DNA from: Chloroflexota bacterium
GTDB taxonomy: Bacteria > Chloroflexota > UBA11872 > VXOZ01
Direction: 5' to 3'
DNA: 64,000 bases
NCBI GenBank assembly: GCA_963663275.1
Contig: OY760183.1
Location: 448,001-512,000 of the forward strand
Shown here one piece after another: positions 1 to 9,251 of this stretch. The notes under the pieces are model-generated. The model was not told the origin of the DNA. It was given only the letters and a program-made list of their open reading frames with translations, and did not search any database. A program made the translations under genes and the position numbers. Every line of letters begins with the position of its first letter. Positions within the stretch are counted from its first letter, which is position 1.

Positions 1-267
1 TACCCATCCTTCTCACTGGACACCTTGCGCGGTCTGCGCGTGCCGGACTTCACCGCCATGGGGACCGCCGAACTGAAGTCACTTAACTCCTGGTTCAACT
101 GGCTGCAAGAGCAGCCGCTGCTGCCTTTCCCACAAATGGCGGAAGACGTAGCGCGCCGCCAAATCGACGACGCAATCATCGAGGCGTTGCGCCTCGATCC
201 CGACTGGGTCGCCACGATACGGCAAGAATTGGCGCGGGAACCGTCCGTGACAGACAAAAGGCTGTAG
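1..267 (+). CDS. 3' end of a gene truncated by the window edge; possibly the C-terminus of a large N6-adenine DNA methylase / type IIG-like R-M protein
   Basis: Frame is open from base 1 (YPSFSLDTLRGLRVPDF...RQIDDAIIEAL...EPSVTDKRL*). The family call is a recalled resemblance only; no catalytic motif lies in the window. Confidence 0.35.
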   Translation, partial: YPSFSLDTLRGLRVPDFTAMGTAELKSLNSWFNWLQEQPLLPFPQMAEDVARRQIDDAIIEALRLDPDWVATIRQELAREPSVTDKRL

Positions 268-444
268 AATGAACACGATTTCGAATTGAAATACTGCCCC
301 GTTCGACTCATCCTCGCGGCGCAAGAGTGATACAATGTACCGTGGATGCTACATTGAGGGCAAGGGGAAGAGAAGAGGGACACGTTTGGAAGGGATACGG
401 AGAAACGAAGGCCGCCGCAACATCCCTGCGGCTAGGCGGTAGGC

Positions 445-903
445 GTGTCGGAACGACAGCCGATCTGGAGTTTGCCGCCAAAGGCAGCTACCGTCTACTT
501 CATTCTGTTTCCCGCGCTGACGATTGTCGGATTGGTGTTTGTCGTTTCGGAGCAAGTGTCTTCCAACGATGAGTTTTCTCCGGCAGTGGGCGTCGCGATA
601 TTTCAAGGCACGGCGGCGGTGGCGTTCGCGTCGGCGGCAGTTGCGTTCATCATTGTAGACGTAGGGGGAAGTCTCATGGGATTGGCAGTCATAGTTCAGG
701 AGTTCAGAGAGCGGAAGCGGCAGGAAGCGGAGCAGAAGCGGCAAGAAGCGGAGCGGAAGATACAGGAAGATTTGGCAGATGCTCGCCGGGAGGAGCGGGA
801 GCGCATCGTAGCCTTCTACCGCGAACACGCGGCCAAGACCGGCCAGGTGTTCGTGGAGCCGCCGGAAGACACGGCCACGCAGAACGGTTCGCCCCAACCC
901 TGA
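445..903 (+). CDS. hypothetical membrane protein, 2 TM helices plus charged coiled coil
   Basis: Two hydrophobic stretches, then repeated RQEAEQK/RQEAERK; TGnTACAAT-like -10 at ~328-336. Confidence 0.7.
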   Translation: MSERQPIWSLPPKAATVYFILFPALTIVGLVFVVSEQVSSNDEFSPAVGVAIFQGTAAVAFASAAVAFIIVDVGGSLMGLAVIVQEFRERKRQEAEQKRQEAERKIQEDLADARREERERIVAFYREHAAKTGQVFVEPPEDTATQNGSPQP

Positions 904-1060
904 GCCTCGCTCTTCAGAGCGCCGCGGAACCGCCAGCGCAAGCCGGCGGTTCTCTTCATCTCTGCGACCTAACTCCTCTTTCCAGTCCACGCTGCTTTCG
1001 CCTTTGTCAAGCCGCAGCGTCTTCACAGCGCCCTCGTAGCCCAACACGATTGTATTGATG

Positions 1061-1157
1061 GGTAGCGTCGGTTTGTAACCTGCGCCATCTTGCCGTAGCG
1101 TGCAGCGACCGCGCCAAACCGAGGGGGCTGGGCACAGGTTACAAACCTGTGTTACCG
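1061..1157. repeat. inverted pair of GTAG-type REP elements (GGTAGCGCAGGTTTGTAACCTGCG family)
   Basis: Degenerate copies in opposite orientation between convergent genes; the family recurs at 29345, 31019, 34393, 42773, 47365, 47778. Confidence 0.7.
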
Positions 1158-1192
1158 GCGCTCCTACCCATCAAGGCAAAAATGTCGAACCA

Positions 1193-1900
1193 CTAGCGCT
1201 CGGCCATGACAAACTCCATTCCCGCGCGCAGGCGGGCGCGCCAGTGGTCTTCCAGCGGCTGGGACCACTCCGGATCCAGGTTTTTGGCCGTGGCGCAGAT
1301 GCTATCCAGCCAGAGTTCATAGAACTTAAGGATGATTCTGCGTCCGGCGCTTCTCTGGATTTTGCGGAGCCTCTCTAGCAGCGCGCTCATTTCCGGATCA
1401 GAAACGTCCTGGGTCACCATCAGGTAGACCGAATCCCGCATGAGTTTGCGCTGGCGGCCGAAGTCGGTCTGGGCAAAGAAGGGCGCGATTGCGGGGGTAG
1501 CCTTCGTGAAGTTGCCGTAGAAGATTTCCGCAAAGTCGCCGGCCGCCTCGCAACGCGCGAAACTCCGGCGCACCTCCTGTTCGGCAATGCCGCCCGGCGC
1601 GGGCGCGGCGTCGTCGTCCGGCGTGCGAAAGAAGTCGATCCGGCACTGCACCGGCCCGGCGAGGCGCAAATGATGCGGCATTTCCGGCTGAATGATGGCG
1701 TGATCCGGCGCCGCCACCTCGGTCTCCGCGCCGGTCGCCAGGTCCACGAAGCGCACGCTGCCCGCGGACACGCGCAACACGCCCCAGTGCCCCGGCCCCA
1801 GGGCATGCTCTCTTTGCAAGGGTTCCGGCATCGTATCTTCCGTGAAATCCAATGAACCGCCGGCGGGGACCAGCCCCGGCGGCAGGTTTTCAGGCGTCAT
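1193..1900 (-). CDS. DUF1971 (TehB/YeaR-like cupin) - globin fusion protein
   Basis: ATG at 1900 after AAGGAG. N-term FTEDTMPEPLQREH...WGVLRVSAGSVRF...IIQPEMPHHL is DUF1971-like. C-term SFARC...FAEIFY..F...F.QTDF.RQ..LM...YELWLDS.....LDPEW is a single-domain globin pattern. Confidence 0.75.
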   Translation of the reverse strand: MTPENLPPGLVPAGGSLDFTEDTMPEPLQREHALGPGHWGVLRVSAGSVRFVDLATGAETEVAAPDHAIIQPEMPHHLRLAGPVQCRIDFFRTPDDDAAPAPGGIAEQEVRRSFARCEAAGDFAEIFYGNFTKATPAIAPFFAQTDFGRQRKLMRDSVYLMVTQDVSDPEMSALLERLRKIQRSAGRRIILKFYELWLDSICATAKNLDPEWSQPLEDHWRARLRAGMEFVMAER

Positions 1901-2180
1901 TATTGGTTTCCGTTCTCCTTGATGATAAGGATACGCCAGCATGACTATTGCGGGTTAAGCCCGGTTTGGCGCTCGCCGGTAACCCGCGGGCAATGAGCGC
2001 GTGCCGCGTGGCGCGCAGGTGCCATTGCTGCCGCGGAACCGGCGTCGGCGAGCGGACCCGGGTTAAGCCAATTGTACCGCGTATCCGCCTGCCGTATAGC
2101 GTGAGGCGCTCAGATCGTGCTGCTTTGCCCAGGCCGGCAGGCCGGAGGAGTAGCGCGCCGCCACTACGCGCGTATCCCTC

Positions 2181-2222
2181 GAACGACGTAGGGGCACGAC
2201 ATGTCGTGCCCCTACGTCGTTC
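2181..2222. repeat. perfect 42-bp palindrome around REP core GTAGGGGCACGACATGTCGTGCCCCTAC
   Basis: Read directly: gaacgac-core-gtcgttc. Confidence 0.9.
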
Positions 2223-2490
2223 TGGGTGTGGCCACAATCGCACAAACTGAGCAAAGGCATTCTTGCAATTTCCTTCCGCCTCAATGCGAATGCTTGCGGG
2301 ATACGTCCCGGCGCTACGCCCTGGATTCCTCGCTGCGCTCGGAATGACAGGCGACGCGCCCCTCGCGCTTACTCCTCACTTTCTCCTATCTCCCCGCCTT
2401 TTCAACATACGAATGACAGCTAAGCGGAGCAGCATGACGTAGCCCGCGCCGGATTGCATCCGGCACGGACACTGCCGGGGAAGCGAGCGT

Positions 2491-2519
2491 TTGACGAGCG
2501 CGCGGGGCTGTGTTAGCAT
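2491..2519 (+). promoter_or_regulatory. sigma70-type promoter upstream of the SAM riboswitch
   Basis: TTGACG-N17-TAGCAT. Confidence 0.55.
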
Positions 2520-2593
2520 ACCCGTGACTGGCATGGAGGCATGAGGCGATGGCGCCGCAGGCCCGCCGGCATTAACAAGTGAATAATCCGTTG

Positions 2594-2719
2594 CCTTATC
2601 AAGAGAGGTGGAGGGAGACGGCCCTGTGAAGCCCGGCATCCCGGTGGACGCTTAGCGACTGCGTAGCGACCACGACAGGGTGCCAATTCCGGCCCCATGC
2701 GCATTGGGGCAAGATAAGG
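2594..2719 (+). promoter_or_regulatory. SAM-I (S-box) riboswitch aptamer
   Basis: CCTTATCAAGAGAGGTGGAGGGA..GGCCC.GTGAAGCCCGGCA.C...GGTGCCAATTCC...AAGATAAGG matches the S-box consensus; P1 CCTTATC/GATAAGG pairs. Confidence 0.93.
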
Positions 2720-2734
2720 GAAGTATTGCGATAT

Positions 2735-2778
2735 ACAACCCCTCTCTATAAGGAAAGAGAAAGGGGTTGTTCTTATTT
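2735..2778 (+). terminator. intrinsic terminator of the riboswitch expression platform
   Basis: ACAACCCCT...AGGGGTTGT stem followed by TCTTATTT directly after the aptamer. Confidence 0.75.
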
Positions 2779-3003
2779 AATGAGCGTCTTGCTAATGGAA
2801 AAGAACACGTTGCAAAAGGAAAAGCCGCCTTGCGAGGGCGCGCCGGCCGCGCTGAGCGGCAGGATGCGGTATGGCGCCGCGCGGCGCGTGTTGACGACGG
2901 ACGCCGGCGGGTTGCCGCTCATGCCCCGCCGCGGGCGCATTGATTTCGTACATAAACGCTAACGCAGCCGCGGCCGGGCGATGGCGCGCAGCCGAACCAA
3001 AGA

Positions 3004-3140
3004 CCCTCACCCCGGCCCTCTCCCAGCGGGAGAGGGGGATAGGAAGCCGACGAGCGGCTGCGTGCCGTGGGAGGCTCTTGCATAGGGTGGTTGGAAGGCA
3101 ATGCGTTCCCTCTCCCTGGGGAGAGGGTTAGGGTGAGGGG
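3004..3140. repeat. inverted REP doublet (CCCTCACCCnnnCCCTCTCCC..GGGAGAGGG family) inside the riboswitch leader
   Basis: ccctcaccccggccctctcccagcgggagaggg and its reverse form ccctctccctgggagagggttagggtgaggg. Confidence 0.8.
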
Positions 3141-3267
3141 AAAAGGTGAGTGCCAGGGAAGAGTCTGCGGTAACTCCTCACAATCCAGCGGCCTCGAACG
3201 TTAGGCAAAGGCCGCCACAACAACAGGCAAGATTACGACAATTCCGACGAAAGAGAGACACACCCTG

Positions 3268-4530
<1,263 letters not shown>

Positions 4531-4555
4531 GCATAAGGAGACGAAGGACAAGACG

Positions 4556-4840
4556 ATGGCAAATGCCGTAAAGATTCCCACCCCGCTCCGTCCCCTGGCC
4601 GGCGGCAAGGCCGAGGTTACCGTGGAGGGCGCGGGCACGATCGCGGAACTGATCGAGAAACTGGACGAGGCCCACGAGGGCTTTACGGCGCGTATGTGCG
4701 ACGAAGACGGCGAACTGCGCCGCTTCATCAACATCTACGTGCGCGGCGAGGACATCCGCTTCATGGACGGCCTGGCAACACCGCTCGGCGACGGCGATGA
4801 GGTCTCGATTGTGCCCGCCGTCTCCGGCGGAACGGCCTGA
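4556..4840 (+). CDS. MoaD/ThiS/CysO-family ubiquitin-like sulfur carrier protein
   Basis: VKIPTPLR...LRRFINIYV.GEDIRF..GL.TPL.DGDEVSIVPAVSGG-TA; ATG at 4556. Confidence 0.9.
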   Translation: MANAVKIPTPLRPLAGGKAEVTVEGAGTIAELIEKLDEAHEGFTARMCDEDGELRRFINIYVRGEDIRFMDGLATPLGDGDEVSIVPAVSGGTA

Positions 4841-4882
4841 ACCGGCTTAGGCCCGAACGACAGTGAGCACAAGGAGATACCG

Positions 4883-5674
4883 ATGCCGAGTAAAGTGGCG
4901 GCGCAGATGTACACCGTGCGGGACCACACCAAGACGCGCCAGGATCTGGCCGATTCGCTCCGCAAGATCAGCCGGATGGGGTACGAGGCGGCGCAGTTCT
5001 CCGCCGTGGGCGCGCTGGAGAGCGCAAACCCCGAGCTTACGGTGCACGAGGCCAAGCGGATGCTGGACGACAACGGTATCCGCTGCATTGCCACCCACCG
5101 CAGTTGGGACGACCTGGCAAACAACACCCAGGCCGAGATCGACTACCACGGCGTGCTGGAATGCGATTACGTGGCCATCGGCGGCATTCCCCAGCCGTAC
5201 CGCAGCCAGGGCGAGCGGGGCTACCGCGCCTTCCTGGAGGCGGCGCGGCCGGTCATCCGAAAACTCAAGGCCGGCGGCCTGACCTTTGGCTACCATAACC
5301 ACGCCCACGAGTTCGAGCGCATCGCGCCCGGCCCCAAGACCCTGATCGACATCTTCATCGAGGAAGGCGGGCCGGACTTTACCCTGGAGTTCGACGTCTA
5401 TTGGGTCGCCCACGCCGGGGCGAATCCGGCGAAACTTCTCAGCCAGGCCTCCGGCCGCGTGCCGGTAATCCACGCCAAGGACAAGGAAGTGGACGCCAAA
5501 GACGGCCCGGTGATGTGCCCGGTGGGCGAGGGCAACCTGGACTGGGACGGCATCATCGCGGCGGGAGATGAGGCGGGGGTGCAATGGTACGCCGTGGAGC
5601 AGGATACCTGCCGGCGCGATCCGTTCGATTGCCTGCGGTCGAGTTTGGAGTTCCTGACGGCGAAGGGCGTATAG
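4883..5674 (+). CDS. sugar phosphate isomerase/epimerase (xylose isomerase-like TIM barrel)
   Basis: QMYTVRD, GYHNHAHEF, EFDVYW, IHAKD, VEQD; RBS AAGGAG. Confidence 0.85.
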   Translation: MPSKVAAQMYTVRDHTKTRQDLADSLRKISRMGYEAAQFSAVGALESANPELTVHEAKRMLDDNGIRCIATHRSWDDLANNTQAEIDYHGVLECDYVAIGGIPQPYRSQGERGYRAFLEAARPVIRKLKAGGLTFGYHNHAHEFERIAPGPKTLIDIFIEEGGPDFTLEFDVYWVAHAGANPAKLLSQASGRVPVIHAKDKEVDAKDGPVMCPVGEGNLDWDGIIAAGDEAGVQWYAVEQDTCRRDPFDCLRSSLEFLTAKGV

Positions 5675-5711
5675 TTCGCTCCACGGGCGCGTGCTGACTG
5701 ACGGAACGATG

Positions 5712-5950
5712 CCCCCTCACCCTAGCCCTCTCCCTGAGGAGACCTTTGCGAAACCTCGCTGAGAGGCGAACAGTTCCCTCTCCTGGGGGAGAGGGTTAGG
5801 GTGAGGGGAGATTCTGCGGCGACTCATACCCAAGTCTTGCGAAATGGGGTGGAACCGGCGAAGATTCCCCCCTCACCCCGGCCCTCTCCCCAGGGAGAGG
5901 GGGTTTCTTGACTGCCGGCCTGGCTATGCAAAGGTCTACCAGGGAGAAGG
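5712..5950. mobile_element. MITE-A variant (5739-5938, GAGACCTTTGC ends) carrying a REP doublet and inserted in a REP hairpin
   Basis: ccctctccctgag|GAGACCTTTGCG ... TGCAAAGGTCTA|ccagggagaagg. Confidence 0.65.
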
Positions 5951-6026
5951 AATCGCTCGCGCTGCGGCGAGGCTGGGCTAAGGTCTCGTGAGGGAATGAT
6001 GCAAGTGGCAGAGCGCGGAAGGGCGC

Positions 6027-6338
6027 TCACACGCGCACGTAGCGGCTGGCGTCTAGGACGAAAGCGATGCCGCGGTTGTCGCCGGTCTGGCCGCGGCCGG
6101 TAAGGGGTTGGCCGCTCACGTGCTCGCGAATCACATCCAGGGTTTCATCCACCTGGTGGGCCGGCACGCCCACAAGCAGCGTCACGTTGCCCCGGCGCAG
6201 GAAACCTCCCGCCGTATTGATGCGCGTGTTGCCGACGTGCCGCTTGACCAACTCCGCCACGATCGCGTTCGCGTCGTCGTTGCGCACAACGGCAATGATG
6301 AGTTTCTCCACCTGGGGTGGCTGTGGTTGCGGTTGCAT
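6027..6338 (-). CDS. darA: cyclic-di-AMP receptor, PII-like (DarA/PstA, DUF970)
   Basis: KLIIAVV..DDA...TRINTAGGFLRRGNVTLLVGV...AFVL signature; ATG after GGAG. Confidence 0.85.
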   Translation of the reverse strand: MQPQPQPPQVEKLIIAVVRNDDANAIVAELVKRHVGNTRINTAGGFLRRGNVTLLVGVPAHQVDETLDVIREHVSGQPLTGRGQTGDNRGIAFVLDASRYVRV

Positions 6339-6485
6339 GGCATGTCTCCGGCTGCCGCGTCGCAGCAACGGTTACGCCCCTCCTCCCCACAGCGCAAACC
6401 ATCCCGCTCTGAATCGCTATGCGGACGGGTATGGTGTGGGCGCGGGTAAAGGGCGTGGATGCGGCGGCGCGCGTTTCTCTTGCTT

Positions 6486-6562
6486 TGGTCGGGGCGGGCG
6501 GATTTGAACCGCCGGCCTCAGCGTCCCGAACGCTGCGCTCTACCAGGCTGAGCCACGCCCCG
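6486..6562 (-). tRNA. tRNA-Pro (anticodon CGG)
   Basis: 77 nt cloverleaf CGGGGCG...CGCCCCG-ACCA; anticodon arm CAGCG-TTCGGGA-CGCTG; T-loop GGTTCAAATCC. Confidence 0.96.
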
Positions 6563-6684
6563 CTTACTCCGTTATTCTAGCAGGTCTGGCCGCTTGCCTC
6601 AATAGCCGTTGGCGTTGGCCCTCATCGTGGAGGGCCGTGGGTAACGCCCGCAGGCGCGTTGGAACCGGCTGAACCGGCGAAGTT

Positions 6685-6995
6685 TTCCCCTCACCCCGGC
6701 CCTCTCCCCAGGGAGAGGGGGTCTTTTCGCCGCCGAGTCTCGTTTTATGCAAAGGTCCCCTGGGGAGAGCTGACAGGGGTAGGCATTCTACATCCGACTT
6801 CACGTGTCATTCCGAGCGGAGCGCAGCGGAGAGAGGAATCTAGGGCGGGGAGCCGCAAGTCTAGCAATTCTAGATTCCTCGCTCCGCTCGGAATGACAGT
6901 TGCCTACCCCTGTCAGCCCCAGGGAGAGGGAGTGTCTTCGCCGCCGTGTCTCGTGCCGGGTATCGTTATGCAAGAGTCTCCCCAGGGAGAAGGGG
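6685..6995. repeat. composite repeat cluster containing MITE-B (6767-6919, GCTGACAGGGGTA ends) with an internal GTCATTCC-REP doublet
   Basis: gagctgacaggggtaggca ... tgcctacccctgtcagccc; internal gtcattccgagcgg.../...ccgctcggaatgac. Confidence 0.75.
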
Positions 6996-7098
6996 TTTTT
7001 CGCCGGCTGTCTTGGCGATGAGCGCGGCGCGATAGGTGCTGGCCGCCGGTTGCAGTATGATAGAGGCGCACGCAACAACAACCACAAGGAGGAAGCCG

Positions 7099-8034
7099 GT
7101 GAGAGCGGATTTTCTCGAGCGTCTGGCGCAGGGGCCGCTGCTGGGCGACGGCGCGTACTATCTTGAACTGGAACGCCGCGTGATAGGCAGCTATGCCTCC
7201 CACATTCCCATGGCGGTACTGGACTATCCGGAAGCGGTGCTGGAGATGCACCACGAGTTCGCCCGGGCGGGCGCGGAACTCTTGCAGGCGATGTCCTGGG
7301 GGGTGCGCCCCTTTGGGCGGGAGGCGGAATTGCACCGCGCGGCGGTGGAGTTGGCCCGCGAGGCCGCCGGGCCGGAGCGTTACGTGGCCGGCACCGTCAG
7401 CCAGTTCATCTACTCCGGCTCCTCCAAGTGGGCGCCGCTGACGGCGGACGACCGCAAGCGGGCGCAGGAGTTCTTCGCCCGGCGGGTCGCGGAGCAGATG
7501 GACCCCGGCGTGGACGTCTTCATCGTCGAGACTTTCTATTCGGTGGAAGAGGCCAGCCTGGTCATCCCCTTCGTCAAGGAAGCGGGCGTGCCGGCCGTGG
7601 TCACGCTGACCTACCGCGACAGCGAGTTCACCCGCGACGGCTACGCTCCGGTGGAAGCGGCGCAACGCCTGGTGGACAACGGCGCCGACGTGGTCGGCCT
7701 GAACTGCATGAGACCCTGGCAGACCATGAACGACATGGCCCGGCGCATCCGGCAGGCGGTCTCCGTGCCCATGTGCGTCCAGCCCACCGCGTATCAACTG
7801 GAACCCGGCGAGGTCTTCACCCAAGCCATCAGCCGCGCCGGCCTCTATCCCAGCGTGGAACCGCGCGTGCTCTCCCGCTTCGTCATGGCGGAGTACGCCA
7901 AGGAGGCGGAAGGCGTCGGCATCGAGTTCATCGGCGCGTGCTGCGGCGCGCTGCCCTACCACGTGCGCGCCATGGCGGAGGCGCTGGGCAAGCCGGTGGG
8001 CCTGCCGGACGCCAAGCGCGGCTACCAGGTGTAA
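7099..8034 (+). CDS. homocysteine S-methyltransferase family protein (BHMT-like)
   Basis: LLGDGA, VETF, Zn ligands GLNC and GACCG; GTG start after AAGGAGG. Confidence 0.85.
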   Translation: MRADFLERLAQGPLLGDGAYYLELERRVIGSYASHIPMAVLDYPEAVLEMHHEFARAGAELLQAMSWGVRPFGREAELHRAAVELAREAAGPERYVAGTVSQFIYSGSSKWAPLTADDRKRAQEFFARRVAEQMDPGVDVFIVETFYSVEEASLVIPFVKEAGVPAVVTLTYRDSEFTRDGYAPVEAAQRLVDNGADVVGLNCMRPWQTMNDMARRIRQAVSVPMCVQPTAYQLEPGEVFTQAISRAGLYPSVEPRVLSRFVMAEYAKEAEGVGIEFIGACCGALPYHVRAMAEALGKPVGLPDAKRGYQV

Positions 8035-8197
8035 CTGCCGGTACGCCGGCGGGGCGGCGCGTCGAACCGCATCCCGCCGCGAGGCAGTGCGCGCATCCGT
8101 AATGCCCGGCTGGACTGCCTGCGCACAAAAGGGTGATAGAGTGGAAGCGCGTGTGGTATAAAGGGAGTGAGAAAGTCAACACAACGAAAAGGGCATG

Positions 8198-8533
8198 ATG
8201 GCGACGACAGAGCAAACAACCCCTCTCGGCGAACGGGTCAGCCGCATCGAGGGCGGCTACGAGCACTTGGCGACGAAAGCCGACCTCGCGCGTGTGGAAA
8301 CCGACCTTGCCCAGATGAGAGCCGAATCCAAAGCCGACATTGCCGAGTTGGATCGAAAGATAGCCGGGCTGGAAGGCAAGATAGCTGGGCTGGATGGCAA
8401 GGTTGTTGGACTGGAAGGCAAAGTTGAAGCACTGCACGGCGAAATTCGCGGCATCAAGTGGTGGATCGTCTCCGCCGCAGCCGCAATCGTAGCCATTGTC
8501 GGTTTGGCTGAACTGCTGCCGCTCGGCGGCTGA
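8198..8533 (+). CDS. small coiled-coil protein with C-terminal TM helix (CCDC90/DUF1640-like), copy 1
   Basis: LATKADL motif, five heptads of IAGLEGK type, hydrophobic tail WWIVSAAAAIVAIV. Confidence 0.75.
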   Translation: MATTEQTTPLGERVSRIEGGYEHLATKADLARVETDLAQMRAESKADIAELDRKIAGLEGKIAGLDGKVVGLEGKVEALHGEIRGIKWWIVSAAAAIVAIVGLAELLPLGG

Positions 8534-8569
8534 ACCACGTGTGCGAAAGCGCACACTGGAGATTGAACG

Positions 8570-8947
8570 ATGGCGACAACAGAGCAAACAACCCCTCTCG
8601 GCGAACGGGTCAGCCGTATCGAAGGCGGCTACGAGCACTTGGCGACGAAAGCCGACCTCGCGCGTGTGGAAACCGACCTTGCCCAGATGAGAGCCGAATT
8701 GAAGGCCGACATTGCCGGGCTGGATCGAAAGATAGCCGGGCTGGAGGGCAGGGTTGTTGGGCTGGAAGACAAGGTTGTTGGGCTGGATGGCAGGGTTGCC
8801 GGGCTGGAGGGCAGGGTTGTTGGGTTGGAAGGCAAGGTTGAGGCTTTGCGCGGCGATGTCCGCGGCATCAAGTGGTGGATCGTCTCCGCCGCAGCCGCAA
8901 TCGTGGCGCTTTCCGCTTTGGCCCAACTGCTCCCGCTCGGCGGCTGA
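8570..8947 (+). CDS. small coiled-coil protein with C-terminal TM helix, copy 2 (tandem paralog)
   Basis: First 42 aa identical to copy 1; seven heptads. Confidence 0.75.
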   Translation: MATTEQTTPLGERVSRIEGGYEHLATKADLARVETDLAQMRAELKADIAGLDRKIAGLEGRVVGLEDKVVGLDGRVAGLEGRVVGLEGKVEALRGDVRGIKWWIVSAAAAIVALSALAQLLPLGG

Positions 8948-9251
8948 ATCCCGCGCGCCGTTTGCCGGCGGCCTGGCTTGCGCGCGCCCTCGGCTTGAAT
9001 ATCCACGAATCGCCACGCCACGTGCAACGGCAGGTTGCGAGCCGCCATCCCAGCGCCCATGCGCCGCGACCCCGCGACTGGTTATCTTGACAGCATTCCG
9101 CGATTGGTATTAGAGTGTTAGGCAGCGCGCAGTGGCGCGGCGGCGAGCGGCGCGCACAGCGTTGCCAGGGGGCGCTCGTTGACGGAACCACAGCCGCGAC
9201 CGTACGGAAACATGGTGAGTAGTTTCGACAGTAGTCTCAGGAGGCAGAGGA

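Noticed and set aside
6486-6562. tRNA as prophage/island attachment site
   Set aside because: No integrase, and I saw no duplicated tRNA 3' end in the window.
8198-8947. DGR or phase-variation cassette
   Set aside because: Both copies are full ORFs; differences are heptad number and ordinary substitutions; no recombinase or RT nearby.
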